Assembly (NCBI RefSeq): GCF_964355755.1
Contig: NC_092674.1
Location: 25,296,001 to 25,360,000, forward strand
Origin: Antedon mediterranea
Lineage: Eukaryota; Animalia; Echinodermata
Direction: 5' to 3'
DNA length: 64,000 nt
Part shown: positions 37,801-50,624 of the stretch, piece after piece
How positions within the stretch are numbered: position 1 is the stretch's first letter
How the letters are laid out: each line of letters starts with the position of its first letter
Made by a program: the position numbers and the translations under genes
The notes under the pieces: model-generated
What the model was told of the DNA's origin: nothing
Databases searched by the model: none
Seen by the model: only the letters and a program-made list of their open reading frames with translations

Positions 37801-40486
37801 TTGGTCTAAGGGGTTGGAGGTTCGATACTCTGCTTGACGTCTTTTTTTTTTTTTTTTAGTTTTTAATTTAAGAGATTATTTAGAGGGTTAGGTTTTAAAT
37901 ATTTAGGAAGGAGTTTTAATATTTAGGAAGGAGTTTCAATATTAGGAACAAGTTTTATATTTAGGAACGAGTTTTAGGAATGCAATTTTACCGTACTATT
38001 AGCAAACGGAAGCGCCCTCTATAATTACCTATCTTTAGAATCATGGATACGGTATCGTATCTTTAGCAACGGCATTGTATAGTATACAAAGTCGTTACAA
38101 TACCGGCAGAATCAACGCAATTGAAAATCGCTCATGCATACACATTTTCATAACGTCATGTACACAGTTTAACACCAGTTTTTCCGACTATTTGGTTTGC
38201 TTACTGGTGTGTTACTGCGGCTAGGGGTCTAGTGGTTTTGTACGTTCAATTCTCGATCAATTTTTTAAGTTTTTTTTTTAATTAAAAAATTGTATTTTAT
38301 TCACCATCGTCTTTATCCATCATCGTCTTTACCCAGCATTGCCTAGAGGGATGTTTTTTTTTTAGTTTTAGGTCTCAGTGTTAGTTTCTGTCAGAATCTG
38401 CAGTTGAGTTCCGGTGCCGGAATCCTAACCATGGCATTTAATATATTAGTATTTATTACACTACTCAACTACTGTAGGTGCCATGATACTCACTCTTGAT
38501 TACTAAATGATACTAGGCTTACTTGTTTAAGGACCAAACTAATGACTTTTTTTTTTTTTTAAGAGTTAAATTATAATATAATCAAATCCAATTCTGGTTG
38601 ACTATTTTTGTTTGTTTAATTTACGGTTTTATCAGATAAAAAAATACTTAATTGAACAAACATTTTTTTGTAGAAAGTAGAGATCTAATTTTGTTTTTAT
38701 TTATATTTTCAGTTCATTTGCTGACCAATATCTATCATCCATGACAAGTAAACAGCTACATCAATACGACACATTGATAAACAAGCCGTCAAATGATTGG
38801 GATATATATTATTGGGTAACAGGCAAGTAATGAAGCAAATGAAATTGACTCAATGCACTGTCAATTGTATGACCCACTATATGACCCCCGGGAGAGGTGT
38901 GTCACTTACTCTGTGAATACCAAGACGCACCCTGCATCAAAAAGTACCTCTAGGTTTTAAACCATGGTGCATCCATTTTGAAGAACAATTACCATTTTGT
39001 TCGTGATATGGTGGGTGGTAAATTGACACACCATTGTTCATTGATGTGATGTATCATTTAGGTTTTTTGACACACCCCTGCATCAATAATTATCTGTAAA
39101 TGACGCATCTCTCCTGCGGGTCGTATAGTGGGTCATACAATTGACAAGTGCATAAGGAATTGGAGTGTTTAGAGAGCCTTCGATTTGCGTCCACCGACGA
39201 TCAAAGCATGTCATGTTAAGTTATTGTGCATGTGTGGTAATGTTGGCCGTGTTATCTTGTTTACTTGTTTCCCGTACACTTTCGTCTACGGGATCGAGGC
39301 GAAGCACGCGGTGCTTAAAAGCCCCTCTTAGCAATAAAATCATATTCTATGTAGGGTGAAAACTTCAGCAGGTGGTTGGACCATGCGACGTTAAGTTTTG
39401 CTTTGAACAAGTTCACCGTAGCACATGAAACTACATCCGTATGCAGAGCATTCCATAGGAGAATAACTCTCCTGGAGAACGTGTCCCTCCTAATATTAAG
39501 ACGAGAGCTTTTAAACTTGAGTTTATATAGGTGTCCACGGGTCCGAGATTCTAGATCAAATTCAAAAAATGTGTTGATCGAAATACGATCGAAACCTTTT
39601 ACAATCCTAAAAACTTGGATAATATCCGCTCTCTGCCTTCGATATCTCATGGTAGGAAGACCAAGAATTCTCAAACGTTGTTCATAAGGGATATTACGGT
39701 ACCTAGGAATCAATCTTGTTGCTCTTTGCTGGACCTTCTCTATTTCAGCCTGATCTCGTTTTGTAATAGGATTATAAACAGTATTACAATATTCAAGCGT
39801 TGGCCCGACAATAGACTTATACAGCTTTAAAAATCCATCTTTATTCAAGCATTTAAAAGATCTATAAATCATTCTTAGTTTCTTATTAGCTCTTTCACAA
39901 ATATCCGGTACATGCAAATTAAAGATTGTTCCTCACTTTGCCATAGATTTAAAGGTTTCTAGGTCGGTCCAGTTGACAACACATCAGTTGACCTTTAGGT
40001 TGTGATAAATCGCAAAATGTAGGTCAAGTTTACATATCTGGCTTGTGTGCATATCACCCAATTTATCTTTTAAAGGAGTAGGCCTACATTTGTTCTTGCT
40101 AATCTAATCCCTGTCTTTAATCCTACTTTATCATTCTGAATCAATCGGATATGAACTTGTAACAATCCTTTGATCTTATGTCTGGCGACAAATACCAGTA
40201 CTGTACTATTTACATATTCTCTACTAAACGTGGTGGGGAACTGATTGTGTCGCAGCCACAGTTAAACCCTTTGATCTCCTGTTGTTAGATTTCCTTGATT
40301 AAACCAAAAATTTAAATATATGGCATATCACAATTAATAACTGCATTAACTTATAATTCCATTTGTTTAGGAAATTTGGAAACTCCTGCTGACTTTGAAT
40401 GTGAAGTAATGGACCTTCTTAAAGAACATGCAAAAAATACAAATAAGGAATCAAGAATAACGCAGCCAAAGTTAAAACCAAGTTAA
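34883..40486 (+). CDS. SDHAF2: Succinate dehydrogenase assembly factor 2 (Sdh5)
   Basis: Exons 34883-34921 ([13 protein letters not shown]; less certain), 37464-37624 ([21 protein letters not shown]), 38713-38822 ([19 protein letters not shown]), 40371-40486 ([20 protein letters not shown]...TAA). Confidence 0.92.
35331..37262. mobile_element. Foldback/Mutator-like non-autonomous DNA transposon with TIRs made of tandem AAAGTCGCCCC units, in SDHAF2 intron 1
   Basis: About 11 units of ~15-16 bp at 35342-35510 and the inverse GGGGCGACTTT array at 37086-37252. Direct repeat ACTAGGCC at 35323-35330 and 37263-37270. Confidence 0.88.
37644..38074. mobile_element. Mutator-like MITE containing a tRNA-like segment
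   Basis: TIR GCTAAAGATACGGTACCGTATCCAT / ATGGATACGGTATCGTATCTTTAGC. 9-bp flanks TTGTATAAT/TTGTATAGT. Internal A-box/B-box-like sequence at about 37766-37835 (GTAGCCTAATGG...GGTTCGATACT). Confidence 0.75.
38853..39153. mobile_element. MITE with ~35-bp TIRs
   Basis: TGCACTGTCAATTGTATGACCCACTATATGACCC mirrored by GGGTCGTATAGTGGGTCATACAATTGACAAGTGCA. Confidence 0.8.
39170..39920 (-). mobile_element. 3' fragment of a CR1-group LINE, antisense in SDHAF2 intron 3
   Basis: ORF 39315-39917 has [54 protein letters not shown] and [12 protein letters not shown], the post-RT C-terminus of CR1-type ORF2. Confidence 0.88.
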
Positions 40487-41030
40487 TGAACATACATTGT
40501 TCTAAATTATAATTAATTAAAACATTGGTGTGTAATTAATTGTATTGGTTCTCATTCTAATATCTTAGTTCAAACTTTTTAAGAGAGAACAAAAAAAAAA
40601 CACTCTCCCAGAATTATGCCATTACCAGATATGTATTTGAATGTTTGGTATTTGGTATATTAAGACATACTTGAAGAAGTAACAAGTCTTCTAGCCTGGA
40701 AGGGTTACCCTGAAATTGAAATTTAAAAATAAATAGTTGCTGTGTGATGGTGGTGTCCTTGTGGCGGCAATTACTATTGCCATATCCATCTGTCATTTGA
40801 TGTGTAAATAAAGATTTAATTTATATGAGATTTGATTTTTTTTTTCATTTGCAAAAGAATTTGTTTGAATATTGTTACCGTATTTATTTTTACTCCCCGT
40901 AAAATCAAAGTTGTGTAATTTGAAAAATATAGAGGGCGGTAAAACAAATCAAAACAATTTGCCCAGGGCGGCTAGGCTAGCTAGGGGCTATGTGTTTTTT
41001 TTTTTTCGTTTATTTTCTTAAATATTAATT

Positions 41031-44000
41031 ATGACAGGAAAATCAGTCTTTACGTTCACTTTTAAACAAATAAGTAACAAGTACAAACTCGGGGCCAGCT
41101 GTTTACCAAGGTCTAATCATGTTTTTTGTGTGCGAAACGCTAAGCCTAGATTTTCTTCGACTTTATCGTCGTTGTTATTGAGAGGCCCCGCGGTAGAAAG
41201 GTGTTTAGATCGGGAACTCGTTGAACCTATACGTAAGTATTTCTAGTCAAATAATTGCAATGTTATACTTTAATTTCCGTGATTTGTATTGTACTGAAGT
41301 AGTAAAAATTCATTCTAAATTAAGATCTAGGCCTAACTAAGATTGACCTAATTTTTTTACAATCATAATCAATATTTATTAGCCTAGCCTAGCTAGCTAG
41401 CTAGTAGGCTATACTGTACGCCGTGGTTAGGATTCCGGCACCGGAACTCAACTGCCCACCGTTAGGGAATCCGACACGCTATTGCGCATGCCCAGAGCTC
41501 TGAGAGGTGAATTATAGCTTGCACTAATAGTAATAGTGCCACACACACACCACACCACCGAGAGTCGGGAGTGTTATAGGGATTTACTGTACTATAGCCT
41601 AAATAGTCGTTGCGCGAGCGAGAGAGCGATGGATGAAACTTGGCCTATATGCCATACATGAATTAATAATTAAAATACGACTACGCCACGCGTTAAAATA
41701 ATTATAATGATATTAATAAGTATCAGTATCTATCTAAGAATCGTAATGCTGTTTTTAGCGTTGCGACCCTGACTTCCCGAACAGTTTTTTGCCGTCAACA
41801 AATCAACTTGTGATTGCATGTTGTTATCAGTATAATGCATTATGAAAAATCATAAAACTAGTCATGTAATTATATAATTCATAATGATATGAAGTTTATA
41901 TATGAATGAAGCAACCACTTTTTAATTACAAAATAAATAGGACCCACTGGTCACGTCAAACTGGTAGCCCTAGCCTAGATTAGTGGATCCCGTATTTAGT
42001 ATGCATCATCTAGGCTAGTTCGCCGTGTGGCGCAGCAATGAAATGATCTATCGCTGTTGATAAGTATAGAGTCGCCGATTACCTCGCTCTGGGCATGCGC
42101 AATAGCGTGTCGGATTCCCTAACGGTGGGCAGTTGAGTTCCGGTGCCGGAATCCTAACCACGGCGTATACTGTATATTAATATTATTTATTAAACCTAAA
42201 TTTAGGCCTAAACTTACAATTTACATATTAATAAATATAGGTATAGTATGAAGACCAGGATAAGTTATGAGTTAAAGGCCTAAGTATATACCTACTGTAG
42301 GCCTGTAGTAGGGCCTACAAAAACAGTCTAGGGCCAGGCCTATCTAAAATACATAATACATTTTTTCCCACAGAGAGTTTAAATTTTTCGAAATTGTATG
42401 CAACCCAGTCAAATGACTCATCAGTAGTGCCTTTTGAGGAATTGGAGAAAATAATAGACGAAAAAAAAAACCAAATAGTTGATGTACGAGAACCTGCAGA
42501 GTTGGAAGAAACTGGGCGTATTGGACAGGCTATGAACATTCCAGGTGAATTTATGTTCCATTGCAGGCTAATTGTGTATATTTTGCAGACCCTATTGGAA
42601 AAAAATTTGGCCATTACGTCGGGAATCATTTTAATTTTGTATGTCATTTCAATCTTTATGTTTTTTAAAAAATTCATTTTTTTCTAATCATTTTTGTCTA
42701 AACCAACAAAAAATTTGACATTTTGTAATTGCCGAGGTACCTTACCACATGCATAAACCCAGAAGCCTTTTGTTTGTTTTTAATAATTTTCCATAAGTTA
42801 ACATAGTATTTAATTTAGTAAGCAGCAATACACATTTTAAAATTGTGAAAAAAAATTTAATTGCAGTTGGTGAAGTTGGCGACGCTTTTAAGATGTCAGC
42901 CGAGGAGTTTCAATCCAAATATGGGCATAAGAAACCAAACGTCAAAGGAACGAATGTAATATTCTATTGTCTGGCTGGCAAAAGAAGTAAAAAGGCTTTA
43001 GAGGCAGCTCATGCTCTGGGATATGTTGAGTAAGTATTATTCAACGTTGAACCTATTATATTAGAACTCCTCCATTGGGACACTGCTATTCATTGACACT
43101 CACATACATGCCAACACTCCCTTTTTGGCCGGAAGACTCCATATTTTAGATTAACATCATGGTCCCAGTTTTCTACATTTTCTCCCTGATTACAATGATA
43201 ACTGAATTTTGACCTATTGTAATATTATTAAAAATGAGACTATAATTATATGATAAGGTAAAAAATAATGATACTGTAATGTAGTCGGTACTTTCCGTGC
43301 AGGATAAACAGTTTTTGGCCAACAAATTTCATTAAAAACGTATTGTCCCCCTGAAAAAATAATTCTTAAAAATTTTTTTGTTGAATATTCCATTTTAATG
43401 TAACATAATAGTTATCCACTTTGACCAAAAATTAGATCGAAAAAAATGTATTTACCTGAAGAAAAAAATGTAATTTAAAGCAAAAAATTGTCAAATTGGC
43501 TGCCAGCCAATGCATTTTTGGTTGAATTTACCCATTTATTTTGTCATTTTACAAGTGAAAACATTTTTTTTTTCTTTTTTTTTTCTATGGAAGTGATTAA
43601 CTTTATTAAAACTACAAAATAACCTATTCAAAGTCTGATTTAATTAATCTTAATTTTTCATGTTTTGGGGGGACAATACATCTTTAATGCTTTAAATTGC
43701 GTTATAAAACTTGCACATTTCTTGCGAACAACCACATGTGCCAAACTAACCATCTTACTAGATTGAGTTGTTCTTTTTAAACGGTTTTCACGATGACCTA
43801 AAAACTACGCCCTATAGACTACATAAAGACGGTCAAATGACATTATTATAAATGACATTATTATAAATGACATTATTATAAATGACATCATCTTAAAAGT
43901 AAATAAATGTATAGTCTCAGTGGCAGGATTTCATACAATCACAGAAATGTACAAACAGTAAATATGGTTTTGTCCAGATACAGTTTTATTTCAATACTAA

Positions 44001-44448
44001 ATATAATACAGTCTGTTCTGGCTATCTCACATACGTTTTCTCTCTCTTTATAAACATTTTATTCTATCAAGCTCTTCTTTTCCTTCTCTCCTTTCTTACC
44101 AGTATACACATTCATATTTAAGGAACGGTCCTAATTAATAAGCATGTACTGGGAGGGGGACTATTTAGTAAAGGGAACATTCCTTGATGATGAGAAAACA
44201 GTAATTGATGTGGGTTATAGGATAGTGAACAAAGAGTACCTAGGGATAGGAAGAAACCACTAGGAATGTTAATAGATAGAGTAGGGAGAAATAGTGAAAA
44301 AGGGTTGTTGACCTGATGGTCAGAGTGTTACCTTACAGTAGTAATTATGTTGTACTTTAATTGTTATATTGGTTGTTTATTTTTTAGAGCAAAGCACTTT
44401 CCAGGCGGTTGGATGGAATGGGCTTCAAACAAAGGCTTGCCAGTTTAA
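41031..44448 (+). CDS. Single-domain rhodanese/thiosulfate sulfurtransferase (TSTD1/TSTD3-like)
   Basis: Exons about 41031-41232 (start uncertain), 42374-42544 (IVDVREPAELEETGRIGQAMNIP), 42867-43029 (VIFYCLAGKRS active-site loop), 44388-44448 (HFPGGWMEW...TAA). Confidence 0.87.
41419..42165. mobile_element. Mutator-like MITE with perfect ~80-bp TIRs and a 9-bp TSD
   Basis: TIR CGCCGTGGTTAGGATTCCGGCACCGGAACTCAACTGCCCACC...GCCCAGAGC. TATACTGTA at 41410-41418 and 42166-42174. A solo matching end lies at about 38400-38436. Confidence 0.92.
43336..43683. mobile_element. Kolobok-like MITE (TTAA-flanked)
   Basis: TIR GTATTGTCCCCC/GGGGGACAATAC with TTAA on both sides. Close second copy at 58481-58833. 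Confidence 0.75.
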
Positions 44449-44552
44449 TATGGAGTACTAGGGTTATCACAACTTTCTCCATCACCAACGCTATTTAATC
44501 ACCAAATCAAAACCCCAACTCCAAATCAAAACCTCAACTGTTATTTAATAGT

Positions 44553-44706
44553 AAGCTCTGTCTACACTATCAAACTAGTTTGACAAAAGAAATTTATAAT
44601 GTGGAGGAGATATGCCCAAATACGGTAGTGATATGATATAATCATGTCCATTAAGGGCACATCACATTTTGTTGTCACATAAAGTTTGATAGTGTAAACA
44701 GAGCTT
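44553..44706. mobile_element. MITE family AAGCTCTGTCTACACTATCAAACT
   Basis: Right end AGTTTGATAGTGTAAACAGAGCTT. Other copies at 47868-48003 and partial copies at about 61535-61612 and 63155-63224. Confidence 0.8.
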
Positions 44707-45043
44707 TACTCTAGGTTGTAAATGGCGATGATTTGACATATTGGTAATAAAAAGATTTATTCTGGCACACATGGCGTTTCATACGTATAACACTATTAAA
44801 CTAACTATTAAACATAAAACTAGACAACATAAAAAAAGATAACTAACTAGAGAACACTATAATAGTTTAATTGTGAAAGGTCAACGTTGCCAATAGAAAA
44901 TATGTATTATATTATTATTGTAAAAGTTTACCAAGTTGATAGAACACATTTCAATCGACTCTGCCTATGCAATTATAGTTTCTTCCCCTCAGGATACTAT
45001 TTTATGTAGTTTTAGAAATAAATTAAAGAAAAGATGATGACCC

Positions 45044-45232
45044 TTAAGCTTGTTTTCCTGTCGACGCTATCGTAAACAATAATCGGCAATCTTCTACGTA
45101 AACATTGAAATGTTAACGATTTACAGGAAAAGGTACTCGCTATCGTTATCATTCCAACTTAATCATTTTCAAACGATCGTCGTTGAACTGTTACGATCAA
45201 CGACGATAGCGTCGACAGAAAAACAGGCTTAA
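45044..45232. mobile_element. Small MITE
   Basis: TTAAGCTTGTTTTCCTGTCGACGCTATCGT mirrored by ACGATAGCGTCGACAGAAAAACAGGCTTAA. Confidence 0.75.
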
Positions 45233-45568
45233 GGAACAAAGTGTATATTATCAAGTATTGGTGCCAAGGGTGTATTTCTTTCCTATTATATAAAAAAAAA
45301 ACATTTTTTGGAGGGGGCTAACCCTAATTTTGGGAGAGTTGATAAATAATGTTTAGTATTGAAATTGAATAAAATATAAATACCAGATAAAATAAGTTAT
45401 TGAATTCTTATTTCATCAAAAGATTTACAATAGTTGGTTAATACAGTATAGTGTACTACCTCATTAACTATCTTTAAAATTTGAATAAAACAATGCAACA
45501 ATATTAAAATATTAAAATAAATAATTAAGATTGTGTGTTGTATTATATACAGTCAAGCATTTGCACTA

Positions 45569-45749
45569 AAGCTTGGTTCCCACTAGAACGTAACGCAAGG
45601 ACGTAAACGCAACGCAAGCGTTTTAATCAATGACAAGCGAAGTTATAGACAGTTAGCAATCAAAAGCGAATAAGCCATCGCTTGTGATTGGTCAATTCAC
45701 TTGCGTTGCGTTACGTCCTTGCGTTGCGTCGCTAGTGGGAACCACGCTT
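45569..45749. mobile_element. Palindromic MITE, family AAGCTTGGTTCCCACTAG
   Basis: Long inverted arms flanked by TA; same family as 2632-2790. Confidence 0.82.
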
Positions 45750-45825
45750 TAGTGAGAAATCTATTGTTTTTAGATAAGTTCATACCAGTAGCTGATGAAT
45801 TTTCAATAGACTTTTTAATACTATT

Positions 45826-46053
45826 AGAGCTGTAGCTTGGTGGTTAACATGCTTGCCTTTCAATCCCAATGTACAGGGTTCAATCCTAACCTAGTGCCAG
45901 GATAGTAACTCACGACTCTTTCAACTCCACTCCCTAAACCTCATTTAATGAGACTCAGTTTATAAGCACGATAGATTATTAAATAGTTGATCCATCCTGT
46001 AATTGGCGAGTTACTCGCTGTTGGATGCGTATGAAATAAAAAAATTAATAAAT
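45826..46053 (+). mobile_element. tRNA-derived SINE
   Basis: A-box-like TAGCTTGGTGG, B-box GGTTCAATCC, a non-tRNA body and an A-rich tail. Confidence 0.55.
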
Positions 46054-47867
46054 ATATACTAGCTATTTGTGCTAGGAAAAAAATTGTTTAACATGTACAT
46101 CTCAGGAGTGTACTTATTATACACTATACAAAAACATTTTCTGAAGAATAGATAATGATCAGAGTTTCATTGAAGGATTCCCACATTTTATCCAGCCTGC
46201 CCTATCTTACAAACAAGACCTATGTAAAGTGTTTACTCCTTCTTCCAATACAGTAATAATTTATTATCCCAAGGATTTGAATCTCAACAAATGTTTTGAA
46301 AGTAGCAATGACATCTAAATAATAGATTTAAATATGAATGTTTATTGGTGCGATGGTACAAATAATTTCATAAGGTGGAAGATAAAATCCTATTTTCATG
46401 AACTGAGTGAAAATTTGATATTTCACGGAATATTTTTATTTGTACTATTGCACTAATATAAAACATTCATTACTATATTTGTTCAATATAACATCAAGAT
46501 AGATTCTTGTCATTGCCATCATTCTAATCTTCTTGTTGTGAATGAGAGATCGCATTGTGCGTGTCACTGCTTCCGTTCGTAGAAGCAGAGATGATGCTGC
46601 TGGATTTCATGCATATTCAAATACTATTACATGATCGTTAAATAGTATGTACTATTGCACACCATGTGACCCACAATCAAATCACAGGAATTTATTTAGG
46701 TGTTAATAGGTTATAAAATATAATAAATAAAAAACACTAACTTCAAAAAGTTTTAGGGAACAGTACAGTATATTTAATTTGTAACTGACTAACATTTTAC
46801 ATATTTATATACAAGGTTCAACAAAACACTGATATTATATAGTCAACTTTTTATTGGTGGGTTCAGTTTTCAATTACAAAACAAATGTTTTATGATATTT
46901 TTTTAAATATCTTAATTGATTGTTCAGAAAATAAAATTTTTTAAAAAGGCAATTGAAATAAACTTTCATTTCTAAATTGAAAATTTTTTATTTACCAAGT
47001 TACCGTATGACTTATGTATTGACTTTTGGGAAATTTACCAAACTTGTGTCAGAATTTAGCCTACTGTAAAGCAGGGGATGGAATCAGTCATTATACAGTA
47101 GTAGTATTAATAACCACATTATTGTGAAAATACAGTACAATAACCCTTAAAGGGGGATAGTATTTCCCTATTGTTAAAAGAGAATAGTAGTTGAATAACC
47201 CCTATTAAAAGAGGATGGTATAGTATGTTAAAACACACATTTTACCTTGTTGTTTCACACGGATGTGACCCTTTAATGGATGTCCCAAAGCAGGGGTTCT
47301 AGTGCCACTACAAAAAAAAGCAATGGCTCCACAACGGTGTTAATTGAAACTTTGCATGACATGATAGATTTTGAGGAGTCAAATTATGTTCCTCTTTTTG
47401 CTTAATGAAAACTTATTGATGACAACTGTCATAATGAATGCATAAATATTGTTTTAATGTACAATTACAAAATGATGTAAATAAAATGTACCACAGTAAT
47501 AATATTAATAAGTAAATTCCTAATAAAATACAATATTTTAGTTGGCTTTGGTGTCGCTTAACATTAATTAAAACACACATTTTGGTATTTAAAGATTAAT
47601 ATACCAATTATTAAATCCTTATTTACAATAATTACAAAGTACGGCAACATGTATAGGTTATTTTGTAATGTAGAAAGGGATGTTAAGTTACAAAAAGTAA
47701 GTGCCCAAAAAAAAGTAGGTAACAAGTTGGGTTCTTAGGAAGAATTCGGTGAGAAAATGAGGTGGATGGAAGTAGGAAGAACTAGACTACAGTAGGTGAT
47801 TCTTCTCAGAAAAACTACTGTGCATCCACACTACTAGTAGTACTAGTCATCTTTTGTTGGTTAACAA

Positions 47868-48003
47868 AAGCTCTGTCTACATTTCCAAACTAGTTTGACA
47901 AAAAAGTGTGATGTACAGTACTACCCAAATATGGTAGTGATATGACATCATGTCTATGGGCACATTTTTTGTAACGTAAAGTTTGATAGTGTAAACAGAG
48001 CTT
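47868..48003. mobile_element. MITE family AAGCTCTGTCTACACTATCAAACT
   Basis: Same termini and interior as 44553-44706. Confidence 0.75.
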
Positions 48004-48532
48004 AACAGTGGGTTTGAATTAGTATTACTATTCAGTAACATTCTTGATAATTAAAGTGTGAACTCGGGAAACTATTATTCACAAGTGCAGATGTCAATCT
48101 TAAGTTGAGTTTTGACAACACAATTGTCATTAGACAATAGCTAGTACAATAATACACATAACAGTGATACATTCACCACATTTGAATAAAACCCTATTAA
48201 AAACACTATTGTTGTAACACATTAAGATTTTGCTATAGGTGTAATATTAACAAGACTAATATTATTGTACAATGGAACCTGAAAAGCACCCAGTTGGAAG
48301 TAGAAGTTGTTGATAGAACTTGTTTAAAAATAGCATTTATATAAATAAATATTTTTTGATACCTTTGAAATCTGTGGACGGAAAGAGTATGGAAGAATAG
48401 ACAATTTGCCTTCAGTTATTTATATATTCTGTATTAATTCATATTGATAATAGTTAATACTTTATAAAAATAATAACTAGCAAATGTAATAGAAAGTAAT
48501 ATCATTTGAAACACGGCTGATAATTGTCTGAC

Positions 48533-49652
48533 TTAGTTCATTATGCACGATTCATATGTAGGAACCATATATTTGATGTTGATAAATGCGTCATCTCCTC
48601 CATGTCGTTCAAATGCCTCTAGCGTTTCTTGAACCAAATCCCCAACGTTCATTCTCTTTTGTTGGCTGTAATCAATTCCGTCTCCTGAGTTTAAGTTATC
48701 ATTCTTGAAAATGTTAAGAACCGGAAGGATCTGTCTGTAGTAAGGAACCAGAGCCTCGCCAACAACTTCAGCGGACACAACCAGATGCTGGAGGATTTTC
48801 AGAGTCGTGCAGATTACAAAACGATTCCTCATCTGCAGAGCTTCTTTGATGGGAATAATCAGTTGAGGGATGACCGGTAGAATCTTGTTTCCACCATGTT
48901 CCAGCATGTCATGAACCCCTTGTTGAGCAAAAAAGTCACACGGATGCGACGTCTCGCACAAACCAGCGAAGAACATTGGCAGGTAGTGATGGTAATCTAA
49001 TTTTTCGATCTCAACCTGTAATTGTAACAAAACAAAGATGCAAGATAAATAATGTGAGTGTTTAGCCTACACTGTTAAATTAAATTAAATCTTCATACTG
49101 TCTGTACATTGGCTATTAAAAAAAACAAAGGGGAGGATAAAATAATGTTTAACTTTTATTTTAAATACTCAACAAATTGATTGTTGGCGGAAGGATGCGG
49201 TAGTAATAGTATTATGTCAGGCTTAGCCTACATCTTCACATTCCCTTATTTTTTAGGATCCTCTAGCTAGGCCTACCTACTCTAGTAGGGCTAGCCTGGC
49301 CTAGCCTAGCTAGTAGTAGTAGTAGGCTAGCTAGAGCTGGGGAGGCTAACCCTTTAGTCCCAATAAAGAATTAAATAAAAAATCTAGGCTAATATCATAC
49401 CTTCCACGCAATCTTGTTTCCCTTCGTATCATGATCCAAGGCAATTGGGAAATCACCTCTTTCGTAAAATTTCTTGAATACTGTGGGTTTTGTAAGCGGT
49501 CTTTCCACAAATGCACCAGCGGCCGGTGGAGATTTAACTTTGGTGTTTTTCATTCTGGATTTTGTCGAGAACCCATCGGCATCTAAGTTCTTTTCTACTT
49601 TCGTGGTTTTCTTCTGACCAGTGACAGCAAAATCTGGCTTTGAGACAATCAT
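48533..49652 (-). CDS. PACRG: Parkin co-regulated gene protein (ciliary inner-junction protein), 244 aa
   Basis: Exons 49652-49401 and 49015-48533. Motifs [26 protein letters not shown]|[30 protein letters not shown] and [16 protein letters not shown]. Confidence 0.97.
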
Positions 49653-49789
49653 ATTTCACGTCTGTTATTGCTAACTACACCTTATATATCTTCTAAGTTC
49701 AGAAATATGAACGTTCTTGTCACCAAAACAACCTACGTTCAGCACGCGACTAACACCTTTCACAAAATAATGGCGAAATCTGTATGTAC

Positions 49790-50275
49790 TCGGTTGCTAA
49801 GACAATACAATACACATAGCAACAATAGCCTCGTTCACAATGATTATTTATAATTTATTATTATTTTTATTTACATTCCAAACATTCTTTATAAAAAGGA
49901 ATATTATTGTTGAATTAGGTTCTATGAATAAATACATCATAATCTGATAATTGTTTGAGTTTATCCCTATTTTGTTAAAATGCGTAATAGCATGTAGGAG
50001 GCCTACTACGCCTACTAACTAGCTGTCTTATAAAAAAATAAGCAAACTAATACGTTTTTAGAGTAGATTTGAGAATTTAAATGGATAGTGATTTTTATTT
50101 AAATTAATTAAGATGTTGTCATTGATTTACTAATAAATTGTTAGATTTTTTTTCTTCAATAAATGAACTTTCTTTATGTGTAAATCAATACTGGAAAATG
50201 TAGTCTAGTATCGTCAAAGCCATTAGAGCGTATAATTCAGAATACGTCATTATCGTCATGGTACCATGACGCTAT
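49790..50275. promoter_or_regulatory. Putative bidirectional promoter with RFX X-box-like motifs
   Basis: Lies between divergent ATGs (49652 and 50625). GTTGCTAAGACAAT at about 49793, CATAGCAAC at about 49815 and the palindrome CGTCATGGTACCATGACG at 50254-50271. Confidence 0.45.
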
Positions 50276-50624
50276 TAGCCCTACCAGACATTATTAAGCC
50301 TGTCTTATTCGACATTCAGCATATTAATATTATTGTGTTTTGAGAAAATTGACTGAAAGCAGGGCTTCGAGGAGGCCTATCAAAATTGAGTAGGCTGTGA
50401 TACTAACTATAGGTATATACTTAGCTAGGTTTAATACTGCTCGGGGTAATTTTCTGTCAAGACGCAGCAGTGTATTTTGTTCAATTTATTAAACCATATG
50501 AAGAATGAGCTTATAATTCAAGCTATGTTCATTTTACCGTGATGATGTCGACTTCTACTGAACCTATGTGACTCGATACGGATGTATACGTAATGGAAAG
50601 GCCATCGCCGGCGTGTGATCAACA

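Noticed and set aside
37766-37835. Possible tRNA gene (also 45826-45900)
   Set aside because: A/B boxes are present but I cannot fold a proper cloverleaf with an acceptor stem; treated as tRNA-derived repeat sequence.
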